A stretch of 63,989 nt of DNA, filler included, from Guillardia theta CCMP2712 (GCF_000315625.1; 6 parts of 6 records of this genome joined end to end with filler, not necessarily neighbours in it), one strand, 5' to 3'. Positions 37,380 through 54,400 are shown, counted from the first letter of the whole stretch. The notes: generated from the letters alone by a model not told the origin. Made by a program: numbers and translations.

Positions 37380-39520
37380 GATCGCCACCAGGGGTGGATT
37401 CTGCAAGGGGTGGGCAGGGCGCAAAAACTGGTAGGGTTGGGTAGTGACCCCTACCCTTTTTCGACTGGTAGGCTGGGATCTTCAAGGGATACGCCTGCCT
37501 GACAAACAAAAGAAAGCAGCTGCCAAGTTGCACTCTACACACTTGTACTTTTTTGGGATCCTCAAGTGATATGCCTTGGTTTTTTTATCGACTACAAAAT
37601 CAACCCACCAGATCCCAGGGCTCATTACGCGGAGCTGGGTAGTCTTAAATTAGGCCAGACGACCTAATGGGGTAGGGGTGAGGGTGATCACAGGGGGTAC
37701 CACAGAGATGACAAAACTTTGGGCAGCAGCAGCTCGAAATCGGGGTAGGGGTACCTGTGGGACCTGTAGCAAGTGCGTGGCCCCCGACGCAGAGCCCCTA
37801 AAATCTTTTAGAACTTTTAATTGTCGAAACAACATATTTTCAAGTAATCAAGGGTGTGTATAATATTTTAACCTGATCCAAAAGACATCATTTAATCATA
37901 TTACGGCTCTTTTCGGAACGTAGCGCCCTAGAGGCTAAACACACCCGGTGATATTACCGGGATATATGTGTAATTCTGGGGGTAGGGGTAAAGGGGTGGT
38001 ATCTCGCATCAGCGTGATTGTACTGGCATGCTGGGAGGATCAGAACGAGGGAGGCTTGTGATCACCAGGATTCGGGGGTAGGGTGGTGAGTGTTTAGGGG
38101 TACACTCCTCAACAATTCAGTGGGGGGTAGTGGGGGGTATTCAGGATGGTGGAACTATTCTGGTAGTTCAGAAGCAAGGAAAATCCCAGATATTGGGAGG
38201 GTGGGGTCATAAATTTTTTCTTGATCTGAGATTGAATATGAGTAGTATGACAGCTGATGATAATCCTGCACCTATAAAATCGTGGACCTAGAGCAGTATA
38301 CTTGTCTCCAACGCTCCGCCTAGTCAAACAAGGATACAAGGGTGGGTGGTGTTGGTCTGACTGGTTGGATCTCACACGGGTGCAATCTTTTTGCATAGGT
38401 AGGGTGTTGCCAGGCAAGGAGGGGTAGTCGAAAAAGACGGGGTTAAAGATCAGTGGTGAGCATTTTCCTAGGGACCAATGGGGTGGTGAGAGGGATCAAT
38501 ACAAAGGGCTAAACCAGGAGTGATGATGACTTTCAATTAGAGGTACATACGAAAGATCTCCGATCATGAAGGTGGGGTTGCAGACTTAGATTCCCAGTGC
38601 ATCAGTTGGGGGCGCAGAGAGGCGTTGAAAGGGGGTGGTGTTAAAGTCTGGAAAAGAAAGGGGGTACGCACAGAGGTTTTCCACGGGTGCCGCTTGTGTA
38701 ATGGGGTAGGTAATATGTTTGCTCCAGAGGACGGGTGGTGGTTACGAAAGTGGTGTGCATTTGTATGAAGTCGACGGGGCCAAGGCGTAGGGGTGGGGGT
38801 GGCTCAGTGTGAGTCCTTGCTTGCGTGTCCATTGCTTAGAGCCAAGCTGAGGGGGTACAGAAATTGACACACCGGTACTTTGATGTCTCAAAATTGGGGT
38901 AGTCTCCAAAATGAGAATTAATTTTTAGGGGTGGGTGGGGGAACACTTGTAGCGACTAGGAGCAGGTACCAGGATCAACTGCTTTCGTTTCAGTACACTG
39001 AAGACCAGGGGTATTAATTCGAGCTCTACACGGGGTGGTATATCTTTGAAGAAGAGGGAAGCATGATATGCAGTTTTACCTATGGTAAGCCATATAACTT
39101 CACACTTCTTTGAATAGTTAAAACTGGAGACCTTGTTCTGGAAGGGCGTATCTCGGGTACTCGTGAGGTAGGGTAAAGGTCAGCACTGCAGGAAGAAGGT
39201 AGCAGGAGTAGGCGGATATCCAGTAAAGGGTAGAGGGTATTTGAATACCCCTTATTTTCAGCTTGAACTGATGTAAAATTTGGGGGTAGGGTGCAACCAA
39301 GGTGTAACTATGAAGGGTTAGAGGTAGTAAACTCTCCATGGGAACAACACGGAAGGTGGGGTACGAAATACTTTGGAATAGAAGGGGTAGGGTGCTTGAA
39401 CGAAGGGGGCAGTATCGTGGAGGTCAGCCTCCGCCTCAGAGAAATCATTTGGGAGTCACCACTACCTGTACCTGGTAGTCCGTAGCTCAAGCCAGGGGAA
39501 AAGCAGGGGGTAGGGTGAAG
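37380..39520. promoter_or_regulatory. Longest GGGGTAGGGT-rich non-coding island, upstream of the AP2 gene
   Basis: More than a dozen GGGTAG(GG) words and no credible ORF. The regulatory role is inferred from position only. Confidence 0.4.
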
Positions 39521-41389
39521 GCGTAATGCGAGACTCCCGGGTCTCAACTCACTGGCTGAGTCATGCAAGGCTAACGGTCGCCTGAGTTCCAAGTTCTTCC
39601 GTTGACGGTCGGACTTCTCCTTAGAGGGCCCTCCTCCCCCTGACAGTGAGGCTCCGGGACTGAGTCCCGCCCGGCGCGCGCGGTGGCGGGCCGGGCCGCC
39701 GGGCCCTGAGAGGCGGCTGAGGCCCTCAGTCCTTTACTCTCAGTTAAAACGGCGGCGTTAACTTAAGTCGGAGTACGCCCCATGCCCTGTCCTCGTACTG
39801 ATTTTTAACTTAACTTTGAGTAAAAGGTCCCCATGCCCCATGTTCATTCCGAGTCGGAGCCTCCGCCGTCGCCCTCTGCATCGAAGGAGTGATGAGCAGG
39901 GCGAGCCGCAGCAGCGATTCAATGATAGATGAGGCCAACCATGCTGATAGGCTGCGGCTGGAATACGCAAAACTCAGTCGGTGCTTTTTGTCATAACAGA
40001 GTGAACAGATTGGTGCTAAGAGATGAAGTGAGAAGATCATCGACCGGAAGCCTTTATTGATCTTGCAGTTTGCATGACTCACTGAGAAGCTCGAATGCTG
40101 TTCCAGGCATTACTGCTGCCGCTCTGCGGAAAAGGTCAGCATGGCCGGTCTGTTTCGGAGTTCATTGCCGCATCATCATGGTTTCCGCGTTGAAGGCTTA
40201 CCTCGAACTTGAAGCTTCCTTGGTGAGGGAGTTGAATCGGAGGAGACAATCTCACCCATCGGCAAGGAAGAGTACGCTGCCATGGCCGCTTGCCACGATG
40301 GCGTCAACCGTTGAACAAGTACGGTAAGAGGGTTTGCAATACCGATGCCAGTATGGCAGCGGCGGCAGAATCATCGGAGGTCGGAACGGATTGGATGAAA
40401 GGATGATCAGGCTCCGACAAATGTGCGTCGGACTCTACTTGAAGTCCCGGGCACCGCCGGGCAGACTCCGATCCGACCGACGGTACCGTACTCACCGTCT
40501 GTGATTGGATGCCGCCAATCCATATGATGACAGTGCCCGATCAGTGTCACGGTCAGTCGAAGTCGACGGCGAGGCGGCCGGGCGGCGGCCGCCGGAGGTA
40601 GTACGGTGGCGTAAACATCCGATGATCGCCGCCGACTCTGTGACTCCGAGTCACGGAGTAATGATCGGACGGGCTCCGCCGGACTCCCGGATGATACCGG
40701 CGGCGGTGGCCCCCGCAGACCATTGGACCGTGTCACCCGAAGCCCGGTGCGGCCAGGCCTGGCACACTGTGCTGCGTACGGGCTAGTAGGCCAGTGGCCG
40801 CAAGGCCAAGGATCGGATCGGATCCCGGGCCCGGCGGAGTCCTTAGATCCTGACGATGCTGACCGGCCGCCCCTGCTGTTTGTGGTCACCCCGTGTAGTA
40901 AACGGAGATCCGAAACTTGAAACGGGGGCCTGCGACCAACTACTACTGCCTCAAAGGGGAAATGATCAGTTTACAGGAGATTATGCTGATCTAGGATTGA
41001 TGCCTTTTCGTTCTTGATATGACTACCTCCGAGGCAGGCTGTGAAGAAAACAGTTTGTTTTTTTTTGCAAGAGGGTGTTGTAAACGATGTTCCTAGCGAC
41101 CAGGAGTTAAATGCCCTTGTGACCGACGACGCCAACCGTTGTGATATTCAGACAAGAAGGCCCTCAACCTCGACGATTCGTCCTAACCCACGTGACATCA
41201 GTTGAAAGGATGGCGCAACAAGAAGGGCGGGGACGTGATGAAAACGGTCGTAAGCGTTGCGAATAAATAACAACTCCTCTCTCCCTGATCCGCACCTCTC
41301 CTCCTCCCTCTCCCATCCATCACCTCCTCTTCATCCCCTCCCCCTCCGTCCATCTTTCCCTCGCATCCTTCTCCTCGATCTCCATCCCC

Positions 41390-41905
41390 ATGACGGAAAT
41401 CTTTGAATCCTCCAATAACAGGACAACAACTGCACACCGACGATGTACCCTCATCTGCCCTGATCCCTCCTCCCGCTCATTCTGTCTGGATCAACAACAG
41501 CGTCGCCGTAAAAGCTGGGCTCGAGGGTCCTTCTCAGCAAGCTGCACCAGCATCTCCCTCCCCGACTCCTCCTCCGCCCCCGTCATCACCCTCACTCATC
41601 GAGCATGCCCCGCTTGGCTCCTCGGCGTGGCGTGCATGGGCCCGCAGTTTCGATCCATCGACCAGCATGGCAGTCTGACCGACGGAGGAGCGTACGAGAG
41701 GCTGGGAAAGAGCGCCCGAGGGTCTCTAGAGAGGTCCATCAACCAGGACGGGAACTTCACGAGCGTGAGGCTCCCGACATTTCACAAGTCAGACGGCGGG
41801 AGAATCTTCACAGACCGCCGACTAGGGGAAGAGAGCCACGGAGAGGTGATGATGTATGAGGGAGAGGAGGAAAGGAGGTTGTCTGGGCGGTACTTCTTAG
41901 AGTAG
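41390..41905 (+). CDS. Hypothetical protein, 171 aa
   Basis: ATG-initiated ORF after a pyrimidine-rich leader, followed by an AT-richer 3' region. Confidence 0.45.
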   Translation: MTEIFESSNNRTTTAHRRCTLICPDPSSRSFCLDQQQRRRKSWARGSFSASCTSISLPDSSSAPVITLTHRACPAWLLGVACMGPQFRSIDQHGSLTDGGAYERLGKSARGSLERSINQDGNFTSVRLPTFHKSDGGRIFTDRRLGEESHGEVMMYEGEEERRLSGRYFLE

Positions 41906-42059
41906 AGATGTTCCTAGCACTATAAGTCAGAGTGAACATCATTAGACATGAACATTATTGTAATATACCCTGTGTATTTTCCAATCGCTTGCAAGTTCTA
42001 ATTGCATCGAAGACTTGATCACGTGGAGATGAGGGCATTGAAAAAGAACAACCTCCTTC

Positions 42060-43130
42060 CGACTTCTTCCGAAGTTCTCGCCCGAGTGACTGGCAGGCCA
42101 TACATGCCGCCGTCACTGACGCCGTGCCGCGAGGGTGGAAGGCTCGATCCGATCGGAAGTTCCGACCGAGTCATTTTTAACTCCGGGCCTGAGTCGCTTT
42201 GAGTAACCTAGTAATCATTGGGGAACCCGCAGCAACGGTTGAACCCGGACTCCAGTGAGGGTTCGGCCGACCGGGTCGGCCGCGGCGGCGGCGGCGCGGC
42301 CCGACGGTCGGACCGTACACTCAGTGTCCGGCGTCCGGCTGCCACCGTCACTCAGCAGAGTCACCCAGTTGAAGCCTCCGTAAGTTTGGGGGCGACAGCA
42401 GTCGGCAGGATTGGGTTTGGTTCCGAGGCTCGGGCCGGGCTGTCTTTTCTCTTCTCGCCGTTTGGCCTGTGCGACAGTGTCAGGGTCAAGCCTCCTCGCC
42501 GAGTCGACTATCCTGCCAAGTTGTCCTCGTACTGATTTTTCACTTCACTTTGACTCTAAAGAGTCACTCAGCCGCTCTGGTACTAGGCTCCGCTCCGCCG
42601 TCTGTCTGACAGACAGACGGCGGAAAATGTCAACGCTATGGGCGCCGGGAGCCCCGGAGGGCTGCGGCCTCCCAGGCTCCCGGACCGGGAGGCTCCGTCA
42701 CCGTCCACGGTTCGGCTGTCAACCGTGAGCGGCCGCGCGGAGCCTCGGAGGCTCGGAGCCTCCGGCGGCAGCCTACGGTGCCGGGTGGGCGCGGCCCGGG
42801 CCGCGCGGCGCCCGATCGCCGGGACCGTACAGAGTGACGCCGGTCGTCAATCCAAAATTTCGGGTGCCACGACACTCAGTTACAAGCTGCCGGGGGCCCG
42901 CCGTGCCGGCCGGGCGCTTTACGCCGCCGGAGTCTCAGGCAGTGCAGCTAAGTTCCCACGGTCCCGGGCCTGGGCGCCGCCGGCCAACTTTGCTTGGTGA
43001 CCGGCCACCAGTGACCGGCGCCAGCCAGGCCGGGCGCCCGGCCTGGCGGCCAACACCCGGTTGGGCTCGGACGGGCCGCGCCCCGGCACCAATGACCAGG
43101 CGCCGCTGCGCCGTCCGAGACTGCGGCTTT
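42060..43130. promoter_or_regulatory. Longest palindrome-dense GC island
   Basis: Saturated with CCGG, GGCC, GGGCCC, CCGATCGG, CCGTAC and GAGTCA words; no credible ORF. The role is inferred. Confidence 0.35.
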
Positions 43131-43471
43131 TACAACGGCTGGGGATTTCTGGAGCAAACGTTGATGTTTACGAAATGCCTTGATTTGACTCATTTTGACT
43201 GTCAGCATTCGACTCTTTTTGTAGTAAAGTCTAAAGGCTTGTTGAAACGTTGCGATCTAAACGGTTAGAGAGGGATGTACCCCTCTACAACCTCGTCCGA
43301 GTACCCCTCTAGAAACTGACCAGTACCCCTCTCATCTGGCTAGTGCAGAGGGTCATAGGATCTCAAGATCTTCCAGTGACTGTCAGCTTTTGTCTGGGTG
43401 GATTCGGACCTTATTATTAGTATCTCCTCCTCACAGTCCTTCCATCCTGACTTGCTCCCCACGTGCTATCC

Positions 43472-43645
43472 TACCTCCCCTCTCATCGCTACATCCTTTC
43501 CTCTTCTTCCTTCTTCCTCGTTCACCTGCTCTCCCCCCTCTCATCGCTACATCCTTTCCTTGTCTTCCTTCTTCCTCGTTCACCCGCTCTCCCCCCTCTT
43601 ATCGCTACATCTTATCCTCGTCTTCCTGCCTCTTGGTTTACCTGC
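43472..43645. repeat. ~57-bp tandem repeat, three copies
   Basis: CCCCTCT(C/T)ATCGCTACATC(C/T)TT...TCTTCCT recurs three times. Confidence 0.85.
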
Positions 43646-43689
43646 TCTAATTTCCTCTCCTCCCCTTGTTCTTATCTCGCTCACATCTC

Positions 43690-43975
43690 GTGCTCACCCA
43701 AGAACAAGATTGAACTCTCTGAATATCATCGGATGGAAATGCCTGATATCACAATTCAACAAGATTGCTGCTTGAAAATCAACCGAGACAGACTGTGCGA
43801 GCCCAGGAGGAGGCTCGTTGAGGAGCTTAAAATGGAGCGCGAGGAGGAGATGAGGAAGGCAAGACACGGGTGTCCGAAGAGGAGGAAGCAGGTTGAGTGC
43901 TTGCTCAACAGCATTCGTTTCATAGAGGAGAAGAGAGTGATTCATGACTCTCAAGGAAACATCATGACATTGTGA
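43690..43975 (+). CDS. Hypothetical protein or terminal exon
   Basis: Charged, helical-looking ORF end MEMPDITIQQDCCLKINRDRLCEPRRRLVEELKMERE...MTL*. Confidence 0.3.
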
Positions 43976-44266
43976 AGATAGAAGTTATGGATTGCTCCAC
44001 AAGAATGTTGATGTTCGAGGCGATGAAGTTGTAACTTACAGTGCGCATTCGAGATTGTAAAAGATGAACATGTAAGATTTGATATGTGGTGGGAATGAAT
44101 GTGTAGATACCTCCTTAAGATGTTAAACAAGTCGAAAAGGAATGAAAATACGGAAATGAGCTTGATATTGATGCTTGTTTACCATGCTCTCACACAAAAC
44201 GACAAGCTGCAATTCAACACAAACAACGAAACAGAAGAGATAGATGTTTCCACACGTACTCCTCCT

Positions 44267-47200
44267 CTAGCTCGATATCATCCAGGTTGACGCCGGTTTG
44301 AGCGTCTGTCCACAAGCACAGACGCAGACGCGGCCCTTGTCCTGTTCGAGGCAATCAGAGCAAGTAGAAGACGAGGAGGACGAGGAAGCTTTTTGCAGAC
44401 ATATAGGAGAACAAGAGCGAGCGGAGGAGAGGGTAGAACGATGCATCACCGAATCTGTAATGGTCTTCGCGCCATTCCAAACATCCACGTCAACACCCGC
44501 CTGCAAGCAAAGTGAGGAAGAGAAGAAGAACGAGGAGGAGAAGGGGGGGGGAGGGGGAGTAGACAAATGGTTGCGGTGATGGTGGTAGTATAGCAGAAGA
44601 GGAGGAGGAGGAGAAAGTTGGAAGAGGAGGAGAAGGAAACAGTAGGAGGAAGAGGAGGAGGAGGAGAAGGGGACGAAGGAGCAAGAGCTTTGCCTACCTT
44701 CTTGGACTTGCTGTCACATCGGAGAGTTTTGCTGCTCTGCAAAATAACTGGATGTCAGGAAACAATCCTGCTGGGACGGAGCGGGAGGAGGGAGGGAGGG
44801 AGGGAGGGAGGGAGGGGGAGGAATGAGGGAAGAAAAGAACTATAAAGCTGACAAGGATCGAACCTTTGTGTAAGAGCATCTCTTCATGCAAGTGCATCCG
44901 TAGTTGAATTTCTGCCAACTTGTGAGAAGGGAGGGAGTTGAGAAGGAGGTCAGACGATGAGAAAGAGGAGAAGCAGTAGCAGCATCGCAGCAAAGTGGAG
45001 GGTAGAAGGAGGAGGAGGAGGAGGAGGAAATTCACAGGGTCTGTGGCAGCAGCGATAAGCTCGATAGGTTTCCATTTCTGTAAGAAACATAAGAAGGTCA
45101 GAGAATGAGAGTGAGAAAACGGACATGAAGACGAGAGGGGAGAGGGGAGGAGAAAGGTAGGAGGGAAAGTAGAGGAGAAGGAAAGGGTAGAGGGCGAAGA
45201 GGAGAGTTGAGGGGAGCAGAAGAACAGGGAGGAGAGGGGACGAGAAGAGTGGAGAAGAGGAGGAGTGAAGTTGAAGTAGCTGGGGCAGTGAAGGTTTTAG
45301 ATCTGCTCACCTTATCTTCATAGCCGTTTAGACCGTGACAACTTGAGCTATCAGGATTCGCATCACACCAGGCCTGCCAATCAAACGTCAACGAGTGTCC
45401 TTTACAACATCTTTATCTTTATCTTTATCTTTATCTTAATCTTTATCTCTATGTCCATATCTATCTTTATCTTTATCTTAATCTTTATCTCTATGTCCAT
45501 ATTTATCTTTATCTTTATCTCTATCTCTATCTTTATATCTATCTTTATCTTTATCTTTATCTCTCCCTCTATCTCTTTCCCAATGTCCACCTCTATCTCT
45601 ATTCCTACCTCTACCTCTTTCTTGCGTTCCTGCGCTGCTCCTGCTCATTCTTAATCTGTTCCACTTTCATTCTTAATCTGTTCCACTTTCATTCTTAATC
45701 TGTTCCACTTTCATTCTTAATCTGTTCCACTTTCATTCTTATTCTGTTCCACTTTCATTCTTAATCTGTTCCACTTTCATTCTTATTCTGTTCCACTTTC
45801 ATTCTTATTCTGTTCCACTTTCATTCTTATTCTGTTCCACTTCCTCCATGCGATGCAACTCTCACTTCCTGCTCCCAATCCCTAGCCATTTCTAATATCA
45901 TCATATCTTCTATCATCATATCTTCTATCATCATATCTTCTATCATCATATCTTATATCATCTTATCTTGTATCATCATATCTTGTATCATCATCTCTTC
46001 ACCTGTCCACTTGGCGCATAACACAAGCGATTAGCGTCAGTCCAACGACATCCGACCTCCGGCTGTGAATTCACTCAGCAAGGAGAAGAGAAAGAAAGAA
46101 GTCAAGATGAAGAAAATGTCGAGGGCGGAGGAGAGAGGAGGAGGGAGGAAGAGAAAGAAAAGAGAGAGAGAAAAGGAGACTGAAGGAAAGTGGAAGGGGA
46201 AAGAGGGGAAGGAAGAGAAGGGAGGAGGAGGAGCATCTTGTATGGTCACCGCTAGCGCTTGTTGACAATCTTGTGACATGCACTCAGCAAGTAGCGACAT
46301 CTCGGCATCCGTCGACTTTGATACGCTTCAGTGAGCAACGATGCGAGGCAAGAGGAAGAGGAGGGAGGGAGGTGACGAGGAGCAGGAGGAAGAGAGAAAG
46401 ACGAGGAGCAGGAGGAAGAGAGAAGAGGAGAGCGAGGAAAGAGGAGGAGAGGCAGAGCAAGATGGAGACGATGAAGGAAGAGGAGGAGAGGAAGAGGAGG
46501 AGGGAGAGGAGAAGGAGGAGGAGAGGCAGAATGAAGGAGTTAGTACAGGGAGACAACATTGGAAAACGGTAGAAGGGTGGAGGTTAGGAGGGGGAAGTGG
46601 TTACCAGGATAGATCGACCATCTCTGAATTTAGCACAGTTGCTGCGAGAAAATCCTCACGTCAACTCCTCCTCCTCCTCCTCCTCCTCCTCCTCTCCTAT
46701 CTCCTATCTCCTTTTGCCTCGTGCCTCCCCTACAACCCCCGTCCTCAACTTCCCTTCCTCTTTCCCCGCCCCGCTTCCTTCGTTTTGTCCTCGTCCTCGT
46801 TTCAACTCTTACTTGTTTAAGATGGAGAGTCCTGTGGGCATTCCTGGTGCTGATCCAGCCCCGCCTACATCTCCAGCTCCAGCTCCAGCTCCAGCTCCTC
46901 CCTTTCCTCCGTCGCCTCCCTTTCCTCCGTCTCCTCCCTTTCCTCCGTCTCCTCCCTTTCCTCCGTCTCCTCCCTTTCCATTATTGTTCTTCTCCTTCTC
47001 CTCCTTCTCCTTCTCCTCCTTCTCCTTCTCCTCCTTCTCCTTCTCCTTCTCCTCTTCTTCCTCCTTCTCGATGACGCTCAGTCGTTTCCATTTCTTTCCC
47101 TTCTTCTTGTACAGCTCTGGGTACGGAGCCGCCCCGGGTGCCAGGGGAGGGACGAAGCCGTGAAGGTACACAAACTCATTGTTGGTATCAACTCCCTTGT

Positions 47201-47510
47201 ACTGAAGCTCAAGACGTCCGCCTGAGTCTGTTAAACCAGGTGAGGAGAGAAAGAGAGGGAGGAGAAGCAGAACAAAGTAGGTTAGCAGCAGCAAAAACAG
47301 CAGGAGCACGAGCAGAGGCAGAACAGGGAAGAGGAGGAGGAGGGAGAGGAGAAGGAAGAGGAGGACGAGGACGAGGGGAAGGAGGAGGACAAGGAGGAGG
47401 ACAAGGAGGAGGAAGAGGAGAAGGAGAGATATCTTACTCTTCTCGAAGAAGTCAACCTTGAAGAAGTGAAGTCCACGCATTAATCTGAACTTTCCTTGGA
47501 TCGTTCTGAG
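44267..47510 (-). CDS. PA14-like domain protein with Cys-rich C-terminal exons; 5' part probably in the gap
   Basis: GKFRLMRGLHFFKVDFFE...GGRLELQYKGVDT fits the C-terminal half of PA14. Later exons include VDGCRDVATC, WQAWCDANPDSSSCHG and VCVCACG. Confidence 0.55.
45408..45615. repeat. (ATCTTT)n hexamer array, intronic
   Basis: Directly visible tandem hexamers. Confidence 0.9.
45646..45843. repeat. 22-bp minisatellite, about nine copies (CATTCTTA(A/T)TCTGTTCCACTTT), followed by a 15-bp TATCATCATATCTTC array to ~45995
   Basis: Head-to-tail copies with no spacers. Confidence 0.92.
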
Positions 47511-48083
47511 AGGAAGTAAGAATGGAGAGTGGGAGAGCAAAAGCGAAGTGGAAAAGTAAGAAGAGGAGAAGANNNNNNNNNNNNNNNNNNNNNNNNNNNN
47601 NNNNNNNNNNNNNNNNTTAATTAATTAANNNNNNNNNNNNNNNNNNNNNNNNNNNNNNNNNNNNNNNNNNNNGGGATAAGGGAAACCGCGAAAAGTTTGG
47701 AAGAAGAACGAAATCAGCAAGAGAAAAATGAAATCAGGAGGGAAAAGAGCAGGGAAGAGGGGGACTAGCAGTGAAAGCTTCACCTGCTTGAGGGATATCA
47801 TATATCCGATCTCTGGCCTCAGCCTCCTACCACCCAACAAAATTGATGAGCAGGAGGAGGAGAGGGGAGAAAGGAGGAGGAGGAGGAGGAGGAGGAGGAG
47901 GAGGAGGAGGAGGAGGACGGAGGAGGAGGAGGACGGAGGAGGAGGAGGAGGAGGAGGAGGAGGAGGAGGAGGAGGAGGAGGAGGAGGGAGGGAGGGAGGG
48001 AAGGAAGGAGGGAGGGGAGGGGGGGGGGAGGATAAGGTGGTGGCGGCGGTGGAGGAGGAGGAGGAGGGATCTGACTTGTAACA

Positions 48084-51396
<3,313 letters not shown>

Positions 51397-51789
51397 AGGG
51401 AGGCATAGCATGTTATGTTGTGCCGGAGAGGAGAAGGGAGAGGATGGATGCGAAGAGGTGGGGGGGGAGGAGAGGAGGGAGGAGGGGAGGTGCTGCGATG
51501 AGACAATTGTAATTTTACTTTCTTGATGTCTTAATGAAACCAACAACGTGATCTCGAGCATGAAAACTGAGATGAGAATGATCGTGAAGCTAGACATCAG
51601 CACATGTGTGCTGTCACTTGTATTGAACCTTTTTCTTCCAACCCTGTATGGCTTGAGTTCGGGTTATCCTCCTCCTCCTCGTCNNNNNNNNNNNNNNNNN
51701 NNNNNNNNNNNNNNNNNNNNNNNNNNNTTAATTAATTAANNNNNNNNNNNNNNNNNNNNNNNNNNNNNNNNNNNNNNNNNNNNTGCTGC

Positions 51790-54400
51790 CTGCCCGTATT
51801 TCCTGTGCAGGACCGAGAGGAGTAGAGAAACGTCCTGTCCCGCCCCTTGATCAACTGTCGTGACAGTCAGAAAGAGGAAGGGGGAAGGGGAAGGTAGGTG
51901 TAGAGGAGGAGGAAGAAAAGGTGGTGCGGGAGAAACAGGACAAGGAGGAGAGTGGGGTGGGGGGGGAGGGAAGGGGGCTATGAATGAAGCAGCAGCAGTA
52001 GGAAAAGGAGAGCTGATTTGTCTTACTGCTCTTGGTTGACATGTCGATTATTTCTTTCACGTCTGGGTGAATTCCCTGACAAGCAGTGAGGAGATTGGCA
52101 GAAGCGGATTGAGGACAGGGAGAAAGAGGGGTACGAGAGGAGATTCAGATGACGGAGGAGGACAGAAGCAGGTGCAGGAGGTGCAGGAGAACGAGGAGCA
52201 GGGGCAGAGGAAGGGGCAGGGGCAGGGGGAGGGGGAGGAGAAGGCATATGGAGAGGATCTTCACCACTTTGATGAACTCGGCCAGCATCTTCGACATCTT
52301 CGGCCCCGGGCTGTGCAAGAATGCGACGAGAGCATTCTCAACGAAAGGAGAGAGCTGGAATCAAGAATGTTTACAATCATCCCTTGCCCACGTGATGCGC
52401 AACTTACATGTTGCAGCAATAAAAAGTGTGAGTTGGTACCATATTCCGTACTTTCAGTCGTCTGTCCATTATCGTCAGCAAAAGCAAGAGCTTGTCTTTG
52501 ATTCAAATTACCTCGTTGCTCTTGTTGCTGCATAGGAGAAGAGAGGCAAAGAGAAAGTCAAGAAGTATTCTACATTCTCCACTAGAACAAGACAAGTCTC
52601 AGTACTGAAAGGATTGAGAGAGCAGGGGAAAATACCTCTTTTCTTCAATCTCACACAGTGCAACGAGACAGTCTGGATGATAATTCATACTGCCAGATGA
52701 GATCTGTTTTTTTGCTAAACAAGAGTTTTCAGATCAAGACAAAAACAGAGCAAAGGCAGCAAGGCAAGGAGACGAGAGGAGAGGAGAGGAGAGGAGAGGA
52801 GAGGAGAGGAGAGGAGAGGAGAGGAGAGGAGAGGAGAGGAGAGGAGAGGAGAGGAGAGGAGAGGAGAGGAGAGGAGAGGAGAGGAGAGGAGAGGAGAGGA
52901 GAGGAGAGGAGATATGACACGACATGACAAGGCTCAGGCGTAAGCGACTTTGAACATTACCGATTGCGAGAATTTCTTTTGAAACATCGGAAGTGAAGAT
53001 CGCAAACGCCTGTTTGCATCCTTCTTCGCTTTCAAACTGCAAGCGAAACCGCACAGATGCTGACTTCACATCGACGTTCTCGTTCTCATCTCGAGTGTTT
53101 GAAGGCAAGACATCTTGTTCCTCAAAACAACAGGAGATGGAGAAATCCTCTACATCGAAATGTTCTTTCAGACTGGATTGCAAGGTGTGCTCGAGGCTTC
53201 TCAACAGACTTTGCTCATCCACTTGTTGATTATGCTCGAAGATGAACCGAAACGCTCCTGTGACACACATTCTTTGCATTATTATCGCCATTGCCTCTGA
53301 TATGATCCATCCGGAAGACAAGCTCTGTGGGCCAGTCGTCCACTTCGAGTTGTTCTGCAAGGCAACGAGGTACAGTGCGACATCTTGGAAGTTTGCTGAT
53401 TGTCCAACGTCCAAGTTCTTGAATGTCATCAATGACATGCTAATCAGAGACGGCTCCATCCTTGAACGGACTCTGCTTCTGACCTGACTGCTTGCAAATA
53501 CGACATCGTACAAGGACGAGAAGACGGCAGACCGCAAGAAGCGAGGCAAGACTCTCTTGGCTTCCTCCTTGCACAGATATCGAGTAGCCAGGAACATGTT
53601 GTGATCCTGTTGCAAGTTTCCAGCATCCAACCACCACAGCCCCAGCGCCAACTCTCGCTCCCCCTCCTCGCATTGCAGGGCTTGCGCGATGCGGATCAAG
53701 CTTTCCTCGAGCTGTTCCAGCACCTCCTCGACATTTTCACCTGCTCGCATCAGATACTTCCCGTTGAAGTTGCACGCCAAGTACAAGATCGCGATCCTGA
53801 GCTGCGAAAGAGAGCTGGTAGTCTTCAAAGCCTGGTAGTCGACCATGGCATCAAGAAGATCCTTCATGGTCAGCGCATGGAACTTCGCGCTGGAAAACAT
53901 CTGTGATGCATTGGTAGAGACGAGCTGATCGAAGAGGATGCTCTTGAAGTTCCTTCGGTCCTGAAGGCTCGGATCTTCGATACTCTCCTTCAGCATCTCT
54001 GCTGGAACCTCGGTCTGAACTTTCATCTTCGCAATAGACAGGGAGGCACGACGACGCAGCTCAAGTCTCTCCTTGAGCACAGATACAACATCTCCTGCAT
54101 CAGAACGTCCTGACGCCTCCACCGTGAGCCTTCGTGAGCGAGCTCGTGACACCAGAGCATCAAAGAGTTTTTCCAGCCCAACCATGATGGAGAGATCCTG
54201 CAGGGTCTGCTTGATGCTGAGAGCCACAACGTCCCTCGAGCCCAGCATTTTTGCCAGCATCTTCAAGGAAACGAGACAAGTTACCTCAAAGAACAACTAC
54301 ATCCTCTCTCCTCTCTCTCATTACCTCCTTACCCCACCGGGCTGCTTGTTGCTCGTGCATATCGCCGCACTTGTCTTCGGCACCTACCATAGCAGCAAAG
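51790..54400 (-). CDS. Large hypothetical protein, possibly with an ELYS/HOS1-type helical domain; ends approximate
   Basis: Exon of about 1.35 kb (52930-54285) containing SILFDQL...KDLLDAM...IAILYL...LALGLWWLD, reminiscent of the ELYS central domain. Further small exons lie downstream. Confidence 0.45.
52773..52911. repeat. (GAGAG)n pentamer microsatellite
   Basis: Perfect array. Confidence 0.95.

Noticed and set aside
39830-40370. Small gene between GC islands
   Set aside because: Only short coding-like fragments; no coherent model or motif could be built.
45646-45843. Possible CRISPR-like array
   Set aside because: Head-to-tail 22-mers with no unique spacers, inside an intron, with no cas genes.
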